Of a DNA stretch of 64,000 bases, positions 50,236-63,163 are shown one piece after another (the stretch's first letter is position 1; the number at the start of each line of letters is the position of its first letter). The DNA is from Felis catus (Eukaryota), in contig NC_058368.1 of the NCBI RefSeq assembly GCF_018350175.1, positions 62,188,001 to 62,252,000 on the forward strand. The letters are read 5' to 3'. Under the pieces are notes generated by a model that did not search any database, was not told the DNA's origin, and worked only from the letters and a program-made list of their open reading frames with translations. The position numbers and the translations under genes were made by a program.

Positions 50236-53005
50236 CTTTCACTGATCAACAGATTGGTTTGGTGTGCTTTGGAAAGGGTCAGTTAACAATCCAGGGTACC
50301 TTGTTTTGGGTTTTGTTATTAGAAAGTAAAGAGTTATCAGAAAGCAAAGATTTTAAACTTTCTTGGTATTCTTCTAACTTTCTCTCCTTTTGGGTTATCC
50401 CACAGAATATTTTCTCTGTTATTGAAACAGTTTTTAAATAAATTAAAATTGAGTTTGAGTTTTAGTTGAGGAATTATTTCCGAGTCTTGTGCAATTGAAT
50501 TAGTGATACTGATGACATGGTTGCTACTTTGTCCTCTTTGTGACTGTATCCATATAAAACATGTTAGCTAAAAATTTTACTCATAGTAGTAGAAGGCAGT
50601 GATGTTGTGGAGGATAAAAAAGATGCTGAAAAGAGCTGTTTTTTTAAAGGACATATTTTCTAGGTCTTCTACTTGAAAACTACTCTTTAAAACACATATT
50701 TTATCAATTTGGATTCATCCAATTTGATTTCTTTATTATTTATGTACATTATGGCTGCATTTTGCTTCTTTTTATTCCCTTCAAGTCATAACATCTTCTG
50801 CTGATTTGTGTAGTGCCAGGTTACCAGGTTTGAGGAAGGGTGAGGGTACAAGCGCTCGATGAAACAAATGCTAAACATCTTTTTTCAGTAGTGACCATGT
50901 TAAACATCGTGATACAAAATGAATATTGAGGGTTATTTGAAAGGATGTGAGGTGCACACACCCTCCAATGGCTGATCCTTGGGTGTCTTCTCTATCACTG
51001 ATTAAAAGGTGTCCTCTCAGTTCCCAGAAAACTCACTTCTGTTATACTGCCCATGATGCTACCTTAGGAATCTAATAATTTTACTGTGGACAGAGTCCCT
51101 ATTTTCCTTAATTATCATATGACAAAACTTCCATAATAATCATTCCTTATCAAAATTCTCATTTCAAAAATCTGTAGGTCTTCATTTGCAACCAAATCTA
51201 CCAGCCCATTCAATCTGCAGCCTTTTACCTATACTCCTGCAACTCCAAGCCCGTGAACTTTTTCAAGGAAGAATCAGTCTACATCTTAGGCTTTCCCTCA
51301 ACCAGTCAAGTAAGTCCTATTTATTCACTTACATTTTAATCTTTCTTAAGATGAAAAAGTGTGGTCAGCAATTCCTTGCTTCCAAATATCATTTCAAATT
51401 GTTCCATCCTCTTTTAAATTTTAATAGCTCCCATTACTCCAGAAAGAATATTACTTTGAGATTCATGCTCCCTCACTAAACTATCTTCTATCACTTGCCA
51501 TTGTCATTACGTAGGTAGACGGATGTCTTCCATAAATGTGAGAATGACTTGCCAAATACTAACTAAATCTTGACACATTAATTTCAAGGTGTAAAATCAA
51601 GAAGTGTGTCTCACCTTTTTGTCTGAGAACTAACTCTGTCAGGTTAAGCATGAGGAATTTCATCATATTTAACAATGAGAAGACATAATTTCCATGCATA
51701 GCAAACATGCTTTGAAAAAAACCATTGTATTAAACCTAATAGTGGAAATTGAGTTATATATAGGATTTCACAAACCTTAGATTAGAAGTTCATGACCACA
51801 GAGCCCTGTCTATGTAGCTTGCATGTGAAATGACACTTGCAGAGTACCATAGATTGACTTCTGTAGCAGGAATAAATTGGATTGATTTAAAAGGATAAAT
51901 TAATACATGGGTGGTCCTGATGGAATTTTCCTCTGCATTTAAGTGAGCTAGAAGACATTATTATTCTTTGGCCAAACCCAGGAAAACAGGAATAATTTTG
52001 ATAAATGTAAATGTAGAAGACACATTATTTCAAACAGAGGTAATTTTAAGAAAATGCATAAGGAAAGGAAGGCATGAACCATGTTTATTGTCTCAAAGGT
52101 TAGAAATAGTGAGTGGATTCTATGAATGGAAAGTAGTTTGAATCATATTTTGAAACACTAGAGAGAGTTTTGTTTTTGTTTTTGTTTTGATCCTTAATTG
52201 GATCGGGGGATCTTGATCAAAGATCTATTTTAAGGAGATCAATCTTTAAGTGGAACTCTAAAGGATGAATCAGAGCAGAAGAAAACAACTGGTGTCAGCA
52301 GGACAATTATCAAGCCTTTACAAGAGTCAAAGTGACAGGTACGGAAAAGCTGATTTAGGAGAGTGACAATGGGGAAGGAGAAAAGAAAGAAAGGGCATAC
52401 AGGGAAACAAATAATTAAATAATTGATAAAGGATTAGAAGAGAGTGTAAAAAAAAGTGTGGTTGTATTTTTAACTGAAAAATGTGAAGTCATTTAACAAA
52501 GGCTTTCAGGTTTGAGTCATAGTTGTGACTTTCATTTTGATATGTTGGTATTTAGGTACCAGTGTGCTCATTTAGGTAAAAATATTCACAAATTAAAGAT
52601 GTAATTTGAGAGCAGTCTGATCCATCTAAATAAAGGACCATGATATCCAACACATGTACATGACAGTATCTGCTAAAAGCAAGAGGCTGACAGTTCAGGT
52701 CACAAATTCACACAAGTACACCATTTCTTAAAATATATCCATTTTCTCACTTATTTCCCATTTCCACTGTATAATTGGACAACTACAAAGACTGATTTTG
52801 AACATTAGCAATTTTCCTTGGTCATTGCTTTAAATAAAATTTTGAATTTAGTTATTTTGTATCCTCTCTGGATAACAACTACCTAACTTTAACCTTGACA
52901 TTCCAGCAATAGTATCAAACTTCAGCCTGAATGTCTAATTCCTCTTGTCCCCAACCCCTCTCATTTTAGTCCCCATTCCGACCAATCTTCAAAAACAGAG
53001 AGTGG

Positions 53006-53680
53006 TGTGGAGAAACGGGAACCCTCTTGCACTGTTGGTGGGAATGCAAATTGGTGCAGCCGCTCTGGAAAGCAGTGTGGAGGTTCCTCAGAAAATTAAA
53101 AATAGACCTACCCTATGACCCAGCAATAGCACTGCTAGGAATTTATCCAAGGGATACAGGAGTACTGATGCATAGGGCCACTTGTACCCCAATGTTCATA
53201 GCAGCACTCTCAACAATAGCCAAATTATGGAAAGAGCCTAAATGTCCATCAACTGATGAATGGATAAAGAAATTGTGGTTTATATACACAATGGAATATT
53301 ACGTGGCAATGAGAAAAAATGAAATATGGCCTTTTGTAGCAACGTGGATGGAACTGGAGAGTGTGATGCTAAGTGAAATAAGCCATACAGAGAAAGACAG
53401 ATACCATATGGTTTCACTCTTATGTGGATCCTGAGAAACTTAACAGGAACCCATGGGGGAGGGGAAGGAAAAAAAAAAAAAGAGGTTAGAGTGGGAGAGA
53501 GCCAAAGCATAAGAGACTGTTAAAAACTGAGAACAAACTGAGGGTTGATGGGGGGTGGGAGGGAGGAGAGGGTGGGTGATGGGTATTGAGGAGGGCACCT
53601 TTTGGGATGAGCACTGGGTGTTGTATGGAAACCAATTTGTCAATAAATTTCATATAAAAAAAAAGAAAAAAAAAGAAAAA
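53006..53680 (+). mobile_element. Young 5'-truncated cat-type L1
   Basis: Perfect 15-bp TSD aaaaacagagagtgg at 52991 and 53681; long A tail. Confidence 0.98.
53027..53434 (+). pseudogene. L1 ORF2p C-terminal fragment (open frame, no true start)
   Basis: [14 protein letters not shown]...[13 protein letters not shown]...LSEISH. Confidence 0.95.
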
Positions 53681-53799
53681 AAAAACAGAGAGTGGGCACT
53701 GGACAGGAGATTAAAAAGTCTGGAATATTAGGCCTAAAATACTAATATTTTTAAATTCTCTCACAGAAGAAATTACTGACACTGATTTATATAGACCAC

Positions 53800-54457
53800 G
53801 GTTATGCATCGAATTATGTCCCTTGCCCAAAATATGTACAAGTTCTAATTCCAGGAACCTGTGATGGTGACCTTATTTGCTAAAAGGATCTTTGTAGGTA
53901 TAATCAATTTAAGATGAGGTCATACTAATTTAAGGGAAGCCCTACTCCATTGATTATTATCCTTAAAAATAAAGTGAAATCTGGACACAGACACACAGAT
54001 GAGAAAGCCGAGTGAAGATCAGCAGACTTGAGTTACATATCTACAAACCAAGGAATGACAAGTTTTGCTGGCAACTACCAGAAGCTGAAAGTGGTAAGAA
54101 AGGATTCGATTCCTCCCCTAGAGCTCTTTTTTTTTTAATTTTTTAATGTTGATTCATTTTTGAGAGAGAGAGAGAGGCGTTGAGAGAGGGAGAACCCAAG
54201 CAGGTTCCAGGCTCTGAGCTGTCAGCACAGAGCCCGATGCAGGGCTCAAACCCACTATGAGATCATGACCTGAGCTGATGTCTGACGCTTAACTGACTGA
54301 ACCATCCAGGCGCCCCATCCCCTAGAGCTTTTAAAAAATTATGGCCCTTCTAATAACTTCAAGATGTCTAGCCTCCAAAATGTGCAAGAATAAATTTCTA
54401 TTGTTTTAAGCCACCTAGTGTGTGGTGCTTTCCTGGGCAGTCCTAGCAAACTAATAT
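53800..54457 (+). mobile_element. MaLR LTR (MLT1B/C-like) interrupted by a SINE
   Basis: gtgaccttatttg...aagatgaggtcatact...aataaatttctattgttttaagccacc...aaactaata. Confidence 0.85.
54126..54316 (-). mobile_element. Can-SINE nested in MLT1
   Basis: Perfect TSD tcccctagagct at 54114 and 54318. Confidence 0.96.
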
Positions 54458-54643
54458 GGCCACTGAGTGGCATTTGTAGTATTCTAAAACTCTCTGGATG
54501 TTTACACTGTATTTTCACCAAGTATTTTGTAAGGTCATTGTAAGAAGACTTTTAAAGTTCTTTTAATCTTCCCCATTTTATTGTGATGTCTCATTTAGTG
54601 CAATAGGTATTCCCATTTGTTGATTTCTTTAAACTCAAGCCTG

Positions 54644-54645
<2 letters not shown>

Positions 54646-54679
<34 letters not shown>
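54646..54679. repeat. (TG)n microsatellite
   Basis: TG run. Confidence 0.95.
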
Positions 54680-54682
<3 letters not shown>

Positions 54683-54890
54683 ATTTTTTAAATTGAGTGT
54701 TGAAATGCTAATAACTTAGTGAATTTCAAATATGGTCAAGAGACTATATGACGTAAATAATGTTTTTATGATTGCTACTACAACCACATATTGGGGATGG
54801 AATGAAGTGGACTTGTGGTCTATCTCTCTTCCCTGCCCCTTATAATAAGAACACAGAAGGATAACATGGATTCTAAGTTCTGAGAAAAGA

Positions 54891-54931
54891 TGATAGATGA
54901 TGATAGATAGACGATAGAGAGATAGATAGAT

Positions 54932-54970
<39 letters not shown>

Positions 54971-54978
54971 GATAGATG
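54891..54978. repeat. (GATA)n microsatellite
   Basis: Imperfect then perfect GATA runs. Confidence 0.95.
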
Positions 54979-55851
54979 ATTGTTTCTGCAAGATAAAATG
55001 AAATTTTACTTTTATAACTGAAGTATAAGTAGGAGATAGAGGGCAGATACTGTGATATTTTCAGATCAGAAATAATCAAACCAAAGAATGTTGACAAGAA
55101 ACTTGCTATACAATAAAATCAACACATGCAAGTAGCTTTATTTTATTTAGAACATAAAATAAATATATTTTTCTGATAATGATTTGTAATAGTCTATGAT
55201 ACAGCTTCTTCAACTCAAATATTTAAGAACATAAAGTGAATAGATAATGTTAATACTACAATTAATTTAGAAGGTCCTTGTTTTGATAGGGCTCCTTACC
55301 ACTGTGTGGTTGACAGTTTAGAAGACACACAATCCTAGAATGAAACAACAGTCTCAGAGGAAGAAGTGTTCCTAAATTTGAGAACATTGAATCACTAACT
55401 TAAGTGATATCTTCTTTAAAATTATAACCTTCTCTCCTGCCATTATGAAACTTATGTACTATCATTATCTGGAAAGAATATAGCATCACCTTAAATATTA
55501 TATTCTTAAATTCATGTCCAACTCAAAAATTAATACCAGCTTAGATATATTTATATAAACACAAATCATTCAATGAATATTAATTATTCGCTGTATTCTA
55601 GGCACATTCCATAGGCTTAGCAAACATAAAAGAACAAAACATACATAAAAGTACTTGCCAAATATAGAAAAATATATACAAAATTTAAGATGGTTAAACA
55701 GTCATTGGAATATGTAGAACAGAAAAACTGGGATTTTAAAGTCTGGGTGGAACTAGGTTTTGCGTAGGGGTGGCAAAATAGTTTTCATTGAGAAAATGAC
55801 AGTTGAAGAAGGTGTCTATTAGGCACATGGTAAGATCTAAATGAAATTAAA

Positions 55852-56064
55852 AACTTTTTTTCAACGTTTATTTATTTTTGGGACAGAGAGAGACAGAGCA
55901 TGAACGGGGGAGGGGCAGAGAGAGAGGGAGACACAGAATCAGAAACAGGCTCCAGGCTCCGAGCCATCAGCCCAGAGCCCGACGCGGGGCTCGAACTCAC
56001 GGACAGCGAGATCGTGACCTGGCTGAAGTCGGACGCTTAACCGACTGCGCCACCCAGGCGCCCC
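55852..56064 (-). mobile_element. Very young Felis-type Can-SINE
   Basis: Reverse complement ggggcgcctgggtggcgcagtcggttaagcgtccgacttcagccaggtcacg; CpG-rich; perfect 19-bp TSD agatctaaatgaaattaaa. Confidence 0.98.
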
Positions 56065-56600
56065 AGATCTAAATGAAATTAAAGCTGCACTATTTTTTTA
56101 AGATCCTAAATGGTAAAGAAAGGTTTGGGACCATTTGGAAAATGTGTTAAGCTGTCAAATGTGAATATATAAACCAGTATTTTTTGTGAAGGTATTGAAT
56201 CTATCTCTAGGAGTACCATTCAGACTATAGAATTAAAGCATTAGGCACAGTTTTATTAGGAACACGGAGAATGCATTACTTCACAAGTAATCACATTCCC
56301 TTTGAGGTATTTGAATACAGAATTTAATTAAAAGGTATCACAATTAGATAATCAATAGTCTCTGCCACTGAATTTATTATCTTGCAGAAGATGCAGGCAT
56401 TCCCTTTGAAAGAAAATGTTCTTACTGCATTGCTTAATTCCAGCTATTTTATCTCAAAATTCCAACATCCTCACAAATAAAGTAAACGATAAAGATAAAG
56501 GAGAATTTTAATGCTGAATGGGCTTTATAATAAACAAAAAAACCCACAGTGCATTAAAATATATTGAAAGTCAAGTTTCAAATAAAATTATGTAAAAGCT

Positions 56601-56797
56601 GGGGTGCCTGGGTGGCTCATTCAGTTAAGTATCCGACTCTGGATTTTGGCGCAGGTCATGATCTCACAATTCGTGGGTTTGAGCCCCACATTGGAGCCTG
56701 TTTGCGATTCTCTCTCTCTCTCTCTCTCTCTCTCTCCCCTCCCCCACTTGTTCATTTTCTCTCTCTCTCTCTCTCAAAATAAATAAATAAACATTTA
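56601..56797 (+). mobile_element. Can-SINE with short internal deletion
   Basis: Head, CT tract and tail; flanking tatgtaaa repeats. Confidence 0.93.
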
Positions 56798-57379
56798 AAA
56801 TATGTAAAGGTCTTCTGCCACAATGATCATTTTAAAAATCACTGTAAAGTTTAATTTTTAAGGAAATTAGGTGTTAGGGACATAATGTAAGATTAAGTCA
56901 ACCAATTCATCCTAACAAGTATACATCTCAGTAGAGTATGGGTTTTCCTGAATATATAAACCATGTAGTCCAATTATAACTGTGTAGAGTATCTAAGCAA
57001 ATAAATGAGCAAATACCTCAAAACAAATCAATATTTTATGTGTGTATAACTAATTGACTTAATTAACAATTTTGCAATGTAGTCTAGGTGGTTTATTTTG
57101 TTTCCTTATCCCTTTATTTCCTTAAAGCTTGCTCACATTAATTTATTATATTAAGTAAGCCTTTATGTAATACATTAGCTGTAACATTGAGGGCTTAAAC
57201 AATCAAGGAAAGTCTCTTTATAGTAAATTATTTTCTACAAGGCATTAAATCTACTGTTCATGTGTACACATTTTTATGAATCACAATCCATATTAGGCTT
57301 TTGAGAATCACCCGGCCATTTAATTCCACAGGTTTGAATAACTGAGGGATAGACAATTGTAGCTCTATTTGAATGCTAT

Positions 57380-57425
57380 CTTCCTTCCTTCCTTCCTTCC
57401 TTCCTTCCTTCCTTCCTTCCTTCCT
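57380..57425. repeat. (CCTT)n microsatellite
   Basis: Tetranucleotide run. Confidence 0.95.
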
Positions 57426-57887
57426 TTCCCTCGTTCCCCCCCCCCTTTTTTGAAATATGACCATTTAGAAATACTAAAATATAACTGATTTTAGTAAATT
57501 ACATTTTGAGAAATCCATAAGGGTCTTCTGATTCTCTTCTTATCCAGAAAATTGGAACTAAACATTAGGAATATTTTGGGAGTATAGATAGCTATCTAAC
57601 AGGAAGGGCGTTCTGCCACCCTCCTAAAACTTGATATGAAATTCAGTAATATATGAATATATTTTCTACATTTTAATGGAAAATATTAGTCTCTTTTTTT
57701 CTACTAGGCTACCACAGTAATTTACTATATGATTTGAATTTTTCTGAATTGCCTCCTTCCTTTTTGGATGCAATTTACCCTTTACTCTTTGATCAGCTTT
57801 CACTTCCCTTAAGCATATTCCATGGCAAATAAAAAAAAGATTCTCAATCTTTTTTCCTGTTTTATATCTGAATTACTATTAATAGAC

Positions 57888-57890
<3 letters not shown>

Positions 57891-57937
<47 letters not shown>
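57891..57937. repeat. (CT)n microsatellite
   Basis: Dinucleotide run. Confidence 0.95.
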
Positions 57938-57942
<5 letters not shown>

Positions 57943-58301
57943 CCTGTGTTTGGGTGGATGTGGGTGTGTGTGTGTTTTGTATTGCTAAAGATAGGGCAGT
58001 GGATGTGTTTACACTATGTACTCGTGTATCTCATAAAACAAACTTAACTGAAAGTCATGACAATTTAACTGATCAAAACAGTAGGTTAAATAATGCCAAT
58101 GTCTACACTGAGAAATTAAATATAACATAATCAAAAGAGGAAAATTTAGGTGACCAATATAATTTTGAAAATTCAGTCTGTTAAAAATTAATTCATCTTA
58201 GGAAGGTAAGATATATATGAAAAGTAGATAACAACATTTTGAAAATAACATTTAAAATTCCTTTTTGGAATTTTGGTATGTAGCATTTAAAAATGCAATT
58301 C

Positions 58302-58380
58302 GGGGGTGCACGAGTGGCTCAGTTGGTTAAGTGTCCTACTTCTGTCTTTCTCTGTCTCTTAAAAATAAAATAAATGTTAA
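58302..58380 (+). mobile_element. Internally deleted Can-SINE (about 40 nt of head fused to tail)
   Basis: gggggtgcacgagtggctcagttggttaagtgtcctacttc joined to tgtctttctctgtctc-aaaaataaa. Confidence 0.8.
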
Positions 58381-58799
58381 TTTTTTTAATTTAAAAATAT
58401 AAAAATAAAAAAAAGATAAAACTAGTTGTCACAAATATATTTCACAAACAAGTATGCCAAGTATGCCATGCTTTTTCTATATTAGGCTTTTCCTCTCCCA
58501 AATAAAAATGTTCATTCAACAAAAACATCACAATGTAGTGAGGTGTGTCTTATCAGTGAGATCCCCATTTTATTAACTTGCCTTATTTATAATGGTCTTA
58601 GTGAGTCATGTTGGATTTGGCTCAAACTGTCCACTATTGAAATATTACCAGAATAATGTATTATGGAATATATTACACTTTGAAGCTTCATTAATTGCAT
58701 GAAATACATTGTTTTCAGGTAATTCATGATTTGAAATTTGTTCTGATGATTCTTTTCATTTTTATTATGTTCTTATGAGAGGAAATAATAATAGTGATA

Positions 58800-59050
58800 C
58801 CATTTTGAAAGACCATTAAAGCAGTGGAACAATCAGATTATTAAATTGGGTTCTGAGATCAAATAGAAATATACTGAAAGCTCCCTTTATCACTTATTAG
58901 CTATGTTACTTTGAGCTTCAGTTTCCTTATCTCCAAAACATATAATAATAATGATGATATCTTATTTATAAGGGTGTCTTGAAGATTTAATGAAATAATG
59001 AAAGTTCTTATCTCAGTAACTGGTTCACAAGGCTAAACAATTTTTAATGG
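58800..59050 (+). mobile_element. MIR
   Basis: cacttattagctatg...gagcttcagtttccttatct...gaagatttaatgaaataatg. Confidence 0.7.
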
Positions 59051-59290
59051 ATGATATTGTTTTCATTTGTATTATTGATGATAAGGATCCTTTAAATGTT
59101 ATCTTCCCAGTTCTACCTTTTCCTTATTAGAGATAATTTTCTTTATTAGAATATATAATTGTTAATTGACAGATAATATTCCTTTTCCAACCTTGTGATA
59201 GCCTAATTGTCCTTTTAAAAATGTCATCTGAAAGTGAGGATAAAAGCCATGAAAGGTATCTATCTACTGCCTGGTTCACTGTGGTCTTAC

Positions 59291-59356
59291 CTTAGGCCAA
59301 GGAGGAAAATGTGAGGCTCTTTGTACATGACAGAGAATCTGTGTTCCCTTTTCTCT
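59291..59356 (-). other. Candidate 66-nt exon
   Basis: cttctcactctcag acceptor and AAG|gtaaga donor. Confidence 0.2.
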
Positions 59357-61377
59357 CTGAGAGTGAGAAGCGACGAAGGACTTGTGGTAGGAAAACAGTA
59401 AGGACAATGGCCCCTTCGTTACACAGCACTTTCACAGGGCCACATTTGTCACTGGTCCCTAGCTTAGGCCACTTCAGATGGTCGATTTTTCACCCCTGAA
59501 TTGCTCAGTTTCAATCTTTTGCTTGCTGGCTCGCTCACTCTCTCTGCATGCTTTGTATGAGAGCCTTGTATCTGATGATTCCGACACAGAGCATTTTTAC
59601 CAAGAATAGTGTTCTTTGTGTATTCATGCCAGAGCCTCATGTATTTACGACTATTTTTCTTTTCTCAATCTCTGACCAAGAAGAGAACAAGACCCTGATG
59701 AATGTCAAGTAACACAGAGATATGAATACCAAGTTGGTCTGAGTGACACAAGAGAGGTGAATTATTGAACATAAATGGATCGTGTCAGCAAAGAATTGTG
59801 ACTGGAATATGTAAGAGTTTATACTCTATCTCCTCTTAAGTAATCAGAAATGGGAAAAAGACAGATATAATGATTAGATTATATGCTGAAGGGGAACAAT
59901 AAATAATTTCAAACAAAATAAAATAAATACCTAGCTGGTATATTCTGAATAATTAAAATGTGGCTGTCAAATGAAGCACAGACCATTTCCATCTAGTTTT
60001 ATATAAATATTTAAATATTGACTGTATGACTCACCAGCTAATTAAGTCCTGTGAGTAAACAAGACATTACTGACACAATCGAATGGAATATATTTTTACA
60101 TACATGAAATGTCCTTACAGTCTAGTAAAAAATGTTTGGGTTCCTCTTATATACAAATGAATAAAACTAGAAAATAATTACCTTTCTTGCAAAATGCATA
60201 TAGACATATTTATTTTAAACACATCTTTATTCATCTGGTGCTAATTAGAAGCAGTATGCTCTCATTCATTCATTTGACAAAGTGCACATATAATTAGCTG
60301 GCATATGTGGGATTTTAAATTTTCTGTTAGTGATTATCTCATTTTAGAGGATGAAGCAATAAGAGCTAACTGTTAACCTATTTCTGGAGAATTTCCTACA
60401 TAAATTATGTCTCATCCCCTAATGAGAGAATAGGGTAGAAATCTAAAAAAAGTATTTAAAAGTTGGTGATTTTGAGTGAACAGAAATGCTGGCTTTACTG
60501 GTCAATACTTGTCTGTACTTTTCCTTTTTAAATTCATTAGTTTCCACTAACTTAGTTGCCCAAACAAAAGAAAACCAATTGAACTGATAATAGTTATGTG
60601 TCAATCCTGTGATTCCTTGAAAGAGAAAACAAGGAGTTGACAGCTCCTTCTTCTGAAGCAATAGCCTTGAAAGAATGAGATCAGTGTGGATTTTACCCAG
60701 TCATTGTGGATGTGTCTGGAGGAAGCAGATGATACACATTCTGAGGCGTCATCACAAAATAGAGTTGTTACAGTTGTTTTACATTTACCCTGTTCAGAAA
60801 ATACTTGAAACCCATTTTGTGACTATACTTCTGAATAAGATGGGGTCTTTAAATGGCTTAATATAGCCAATATATTATATAGGCAGCTATTAAAACCACA
60901 TTCATCATTAAGCACATCCAAGCGCTTCACCTGGTAAAAAGCAAGTGAAAGGAACAAGAGCAAGCACCACTGATTAACCCCCTTCCTTCTGTGTCAGTTG
61001 TATTATTTAAATAGTCCTATTACCACTCAACTTTAAGCCTTACACACACCCACATATACAAACATACTTCTGTTAAGTATATGCTGCTTTCCTTCAACTT
61101 GACTTAGAACATGTAGTTTTCTAGTTAATTTAAAAGTTATTTTGCAATAGCCAAACTCCGTGTAAACGTCACGTATATAATGGTGTTAAAGTAGACATGG
61201 CCTGCTATTTAAATAACAGGGGAGATAATTTTACTCCAGTCAATGTTTCATGAGGGCTCATAGGGAAAGAAAAGATTAAAAATTGCTATATGCAGAATCT
61301 TGATACTCTATGAAATTGCTTTAATCATTTAATTCACTTGTAGATAATGCAGAAGCCTATACAAGCTCTTAGACTTC

Positions 61378-61578
61378 AGAGTAGCTCTAATAGAATGTGT
61401 TTCATTGATGGAATTATCACATAATCTGTGATATCCAAAATGACATCACTGGCCGTATTAAGCTACTGAGCAGTTGAAATATGGCTTGTGTGATTGAAAA
61501 ATGAATTTTAAATTTTATTTAATTTCAATTCATTTTCATTGAACTTCCAATAGACATTGATTAGCTTTGTATACAGAT
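61378..61578 (+). mobile_element. hAT-Charlie MITE (MER3-like)
   Basis: gctactgagcagttgaaatatggct...tgaattttaaattttatttaattt. Confidence 0.7.
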
Positions 61579-61779
61579 GTTCATTTTGGTGACATATGAT
61601 ATATATTAAATATTATTTATTGAAAGTACATTTAATTATATATTCTCCCCCCTCTCCCTCTCAGGAGAGAATATATAGTTAGATGCAATTACTACATCTA
61701 TCTATCTATCTACCTCTATATTTAAGCTTACAAAACTTTTGCCAAATAGTGGAAATAATTCCTATATATGTCTTACCTT

Positions 61780-62665
61780 AACATTAACTTTTTCCATAAC
61801 CATACTACAGTTTTCAAAATAAAGCAAATATTGGCATCATACTATGAATGAAACTAAACTTTTATTTTTCCTCCAGGATCCAACCTAGGCTTCCATATTG
61901 TATTCAATTGTGGTGTTTTCTTAGTCTCTTCTAATCTGTGCCAGTCCTCAGTTATTCCTTGTATTTCATTACCTTGAAGAACACTGTTTAATTATTTATT
62001 TTGTAAAATGACCCTTAATTTGGGTTTATCTGATGTTTTCTCATAATTAAATTAATGAGGTTATGTGATTTTGGCAAGAATACCACAGAAGTTATGTTCC
62101 TTCTCAATGTATCCTGTCAGAGAATACATGATGCTGGCATTTTTTATTATTGGTGTCATTCACCTTGTTCAACTGGTGAAGATGACTTCTGTAAGACTTT
62201 GTCACATTAAATGTATTCTTTTTTTCTTTTGTGATAAATAATCATCTTGAAGGGAGGTAATTTGAGACTATGTTATTATTCTATTTTTCCTCAAACTTTT
62301 GCCCAATAATTTTACTGTACATTTATTTCCTCAATATAAACTCACAGAAGGGGTGCCTGGGTGACTCAGTCGGTTAAGCATCTGACTTCGGCTCAGTCAT
62401 GATCTCGAGGTTCCTGAGATAGAGCCCCACGTCGGGCTCTGTGCTGACAGCTTGGAGCCTGGAGCCTGCTTTGGATTCTGTGTCTCCCTCTCTCTCTGCC
62501 CCTCCCCGCTCATGCTCTGTCTCTCTCTCTTTGTCAAAAATAAATAAACACTAAAAAATAATTAAAAAAATAAACTCACAGATTTATTTCATTCTCTGAG
62601 TTATAATTCAGTGTTATCATTATTTATTTTATTACTCAAATTGTCCCATTGTTGGCCCTTGGGAA
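61780..62665 (-). mobile_element. Ancient L1MC-like 3' UTR interrupted by a SINE
   Basis: aatttgggtttatctgatgttttctcat...ttttggcaagaataccacagaagt. Confidence 0.75.
62350..62569 (+). mobile_element. Can-SINE (SINEC)
   Basis: Full SINE; perfect TSD ataaactcacaga at 62336 and 62570. Confidence 0.97.
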
Positions 62666-62835
62666 TTATATATACACAGTAACAAATGACTAAATAAGTA
62701 GTGTAGTCATATATTTGAATACTATCTATGAAAGTCAAGTTTTAAACTTTTTAATGTTTAATAACATTCAACATGTTTTATAACTAATAATATTTAATAT
62801 GTATAAACCAACACTTTGAAATTCCCTAAACATTC

Positions 62836-63025
62836 AATTTATTTATTTTTTATTTATTTTTAATATGAAATTTATTGTCAAATTGCTTTCCATACAACGC
62901 CCAGTGCTCATCCCAACAGGTGCCCTCCTCAGTACCTCTCACCCACCCTCCCCTCCCACCCATCCCCCATTAACCCTCAGTTTGTTCTCAGTTTTTAAGA
63001 GTCTCCTATGTTTTGGCTCCCTCCC
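62836..63025 (-). mobile_element. Cat-type L1 3' UTR fragment
   Basis: atgaaatttattgtcaaattg...ccctcagtttgttctcagtttttaagagtctc. Confidence 0.93.
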
Positions 63026-63084
63026 AAACAAACATTGTTTGTTTGGTTGGGTTTTTTTTTTTTTTTTTTGTTTAGTCACGGCAG

Positions 63085-63163
63085 ACAACTCTTCATCTTG
63101 GGGTTGTAAATTCAAATCCCATATTGGGTGTAGAGATTGCTTAAAAATAAAATCTTTAAAAAA
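63085..63163 (+). mobile_element. Older carnivore tRNA-derived SINE fragment (short type lacking a CT tract)
   Basis: actcttcatcttggggttgtaaattcaaatcccatattgggtgtagagattgcttaaaaataaaatcttt. Confidence 0.7.

Noticed and set aside
52189..52240. Six GATC sites in about 52 bp
   Set aside because: Mammalian DNA with no Dam methylation context; lies in probable decayed L2 sequence
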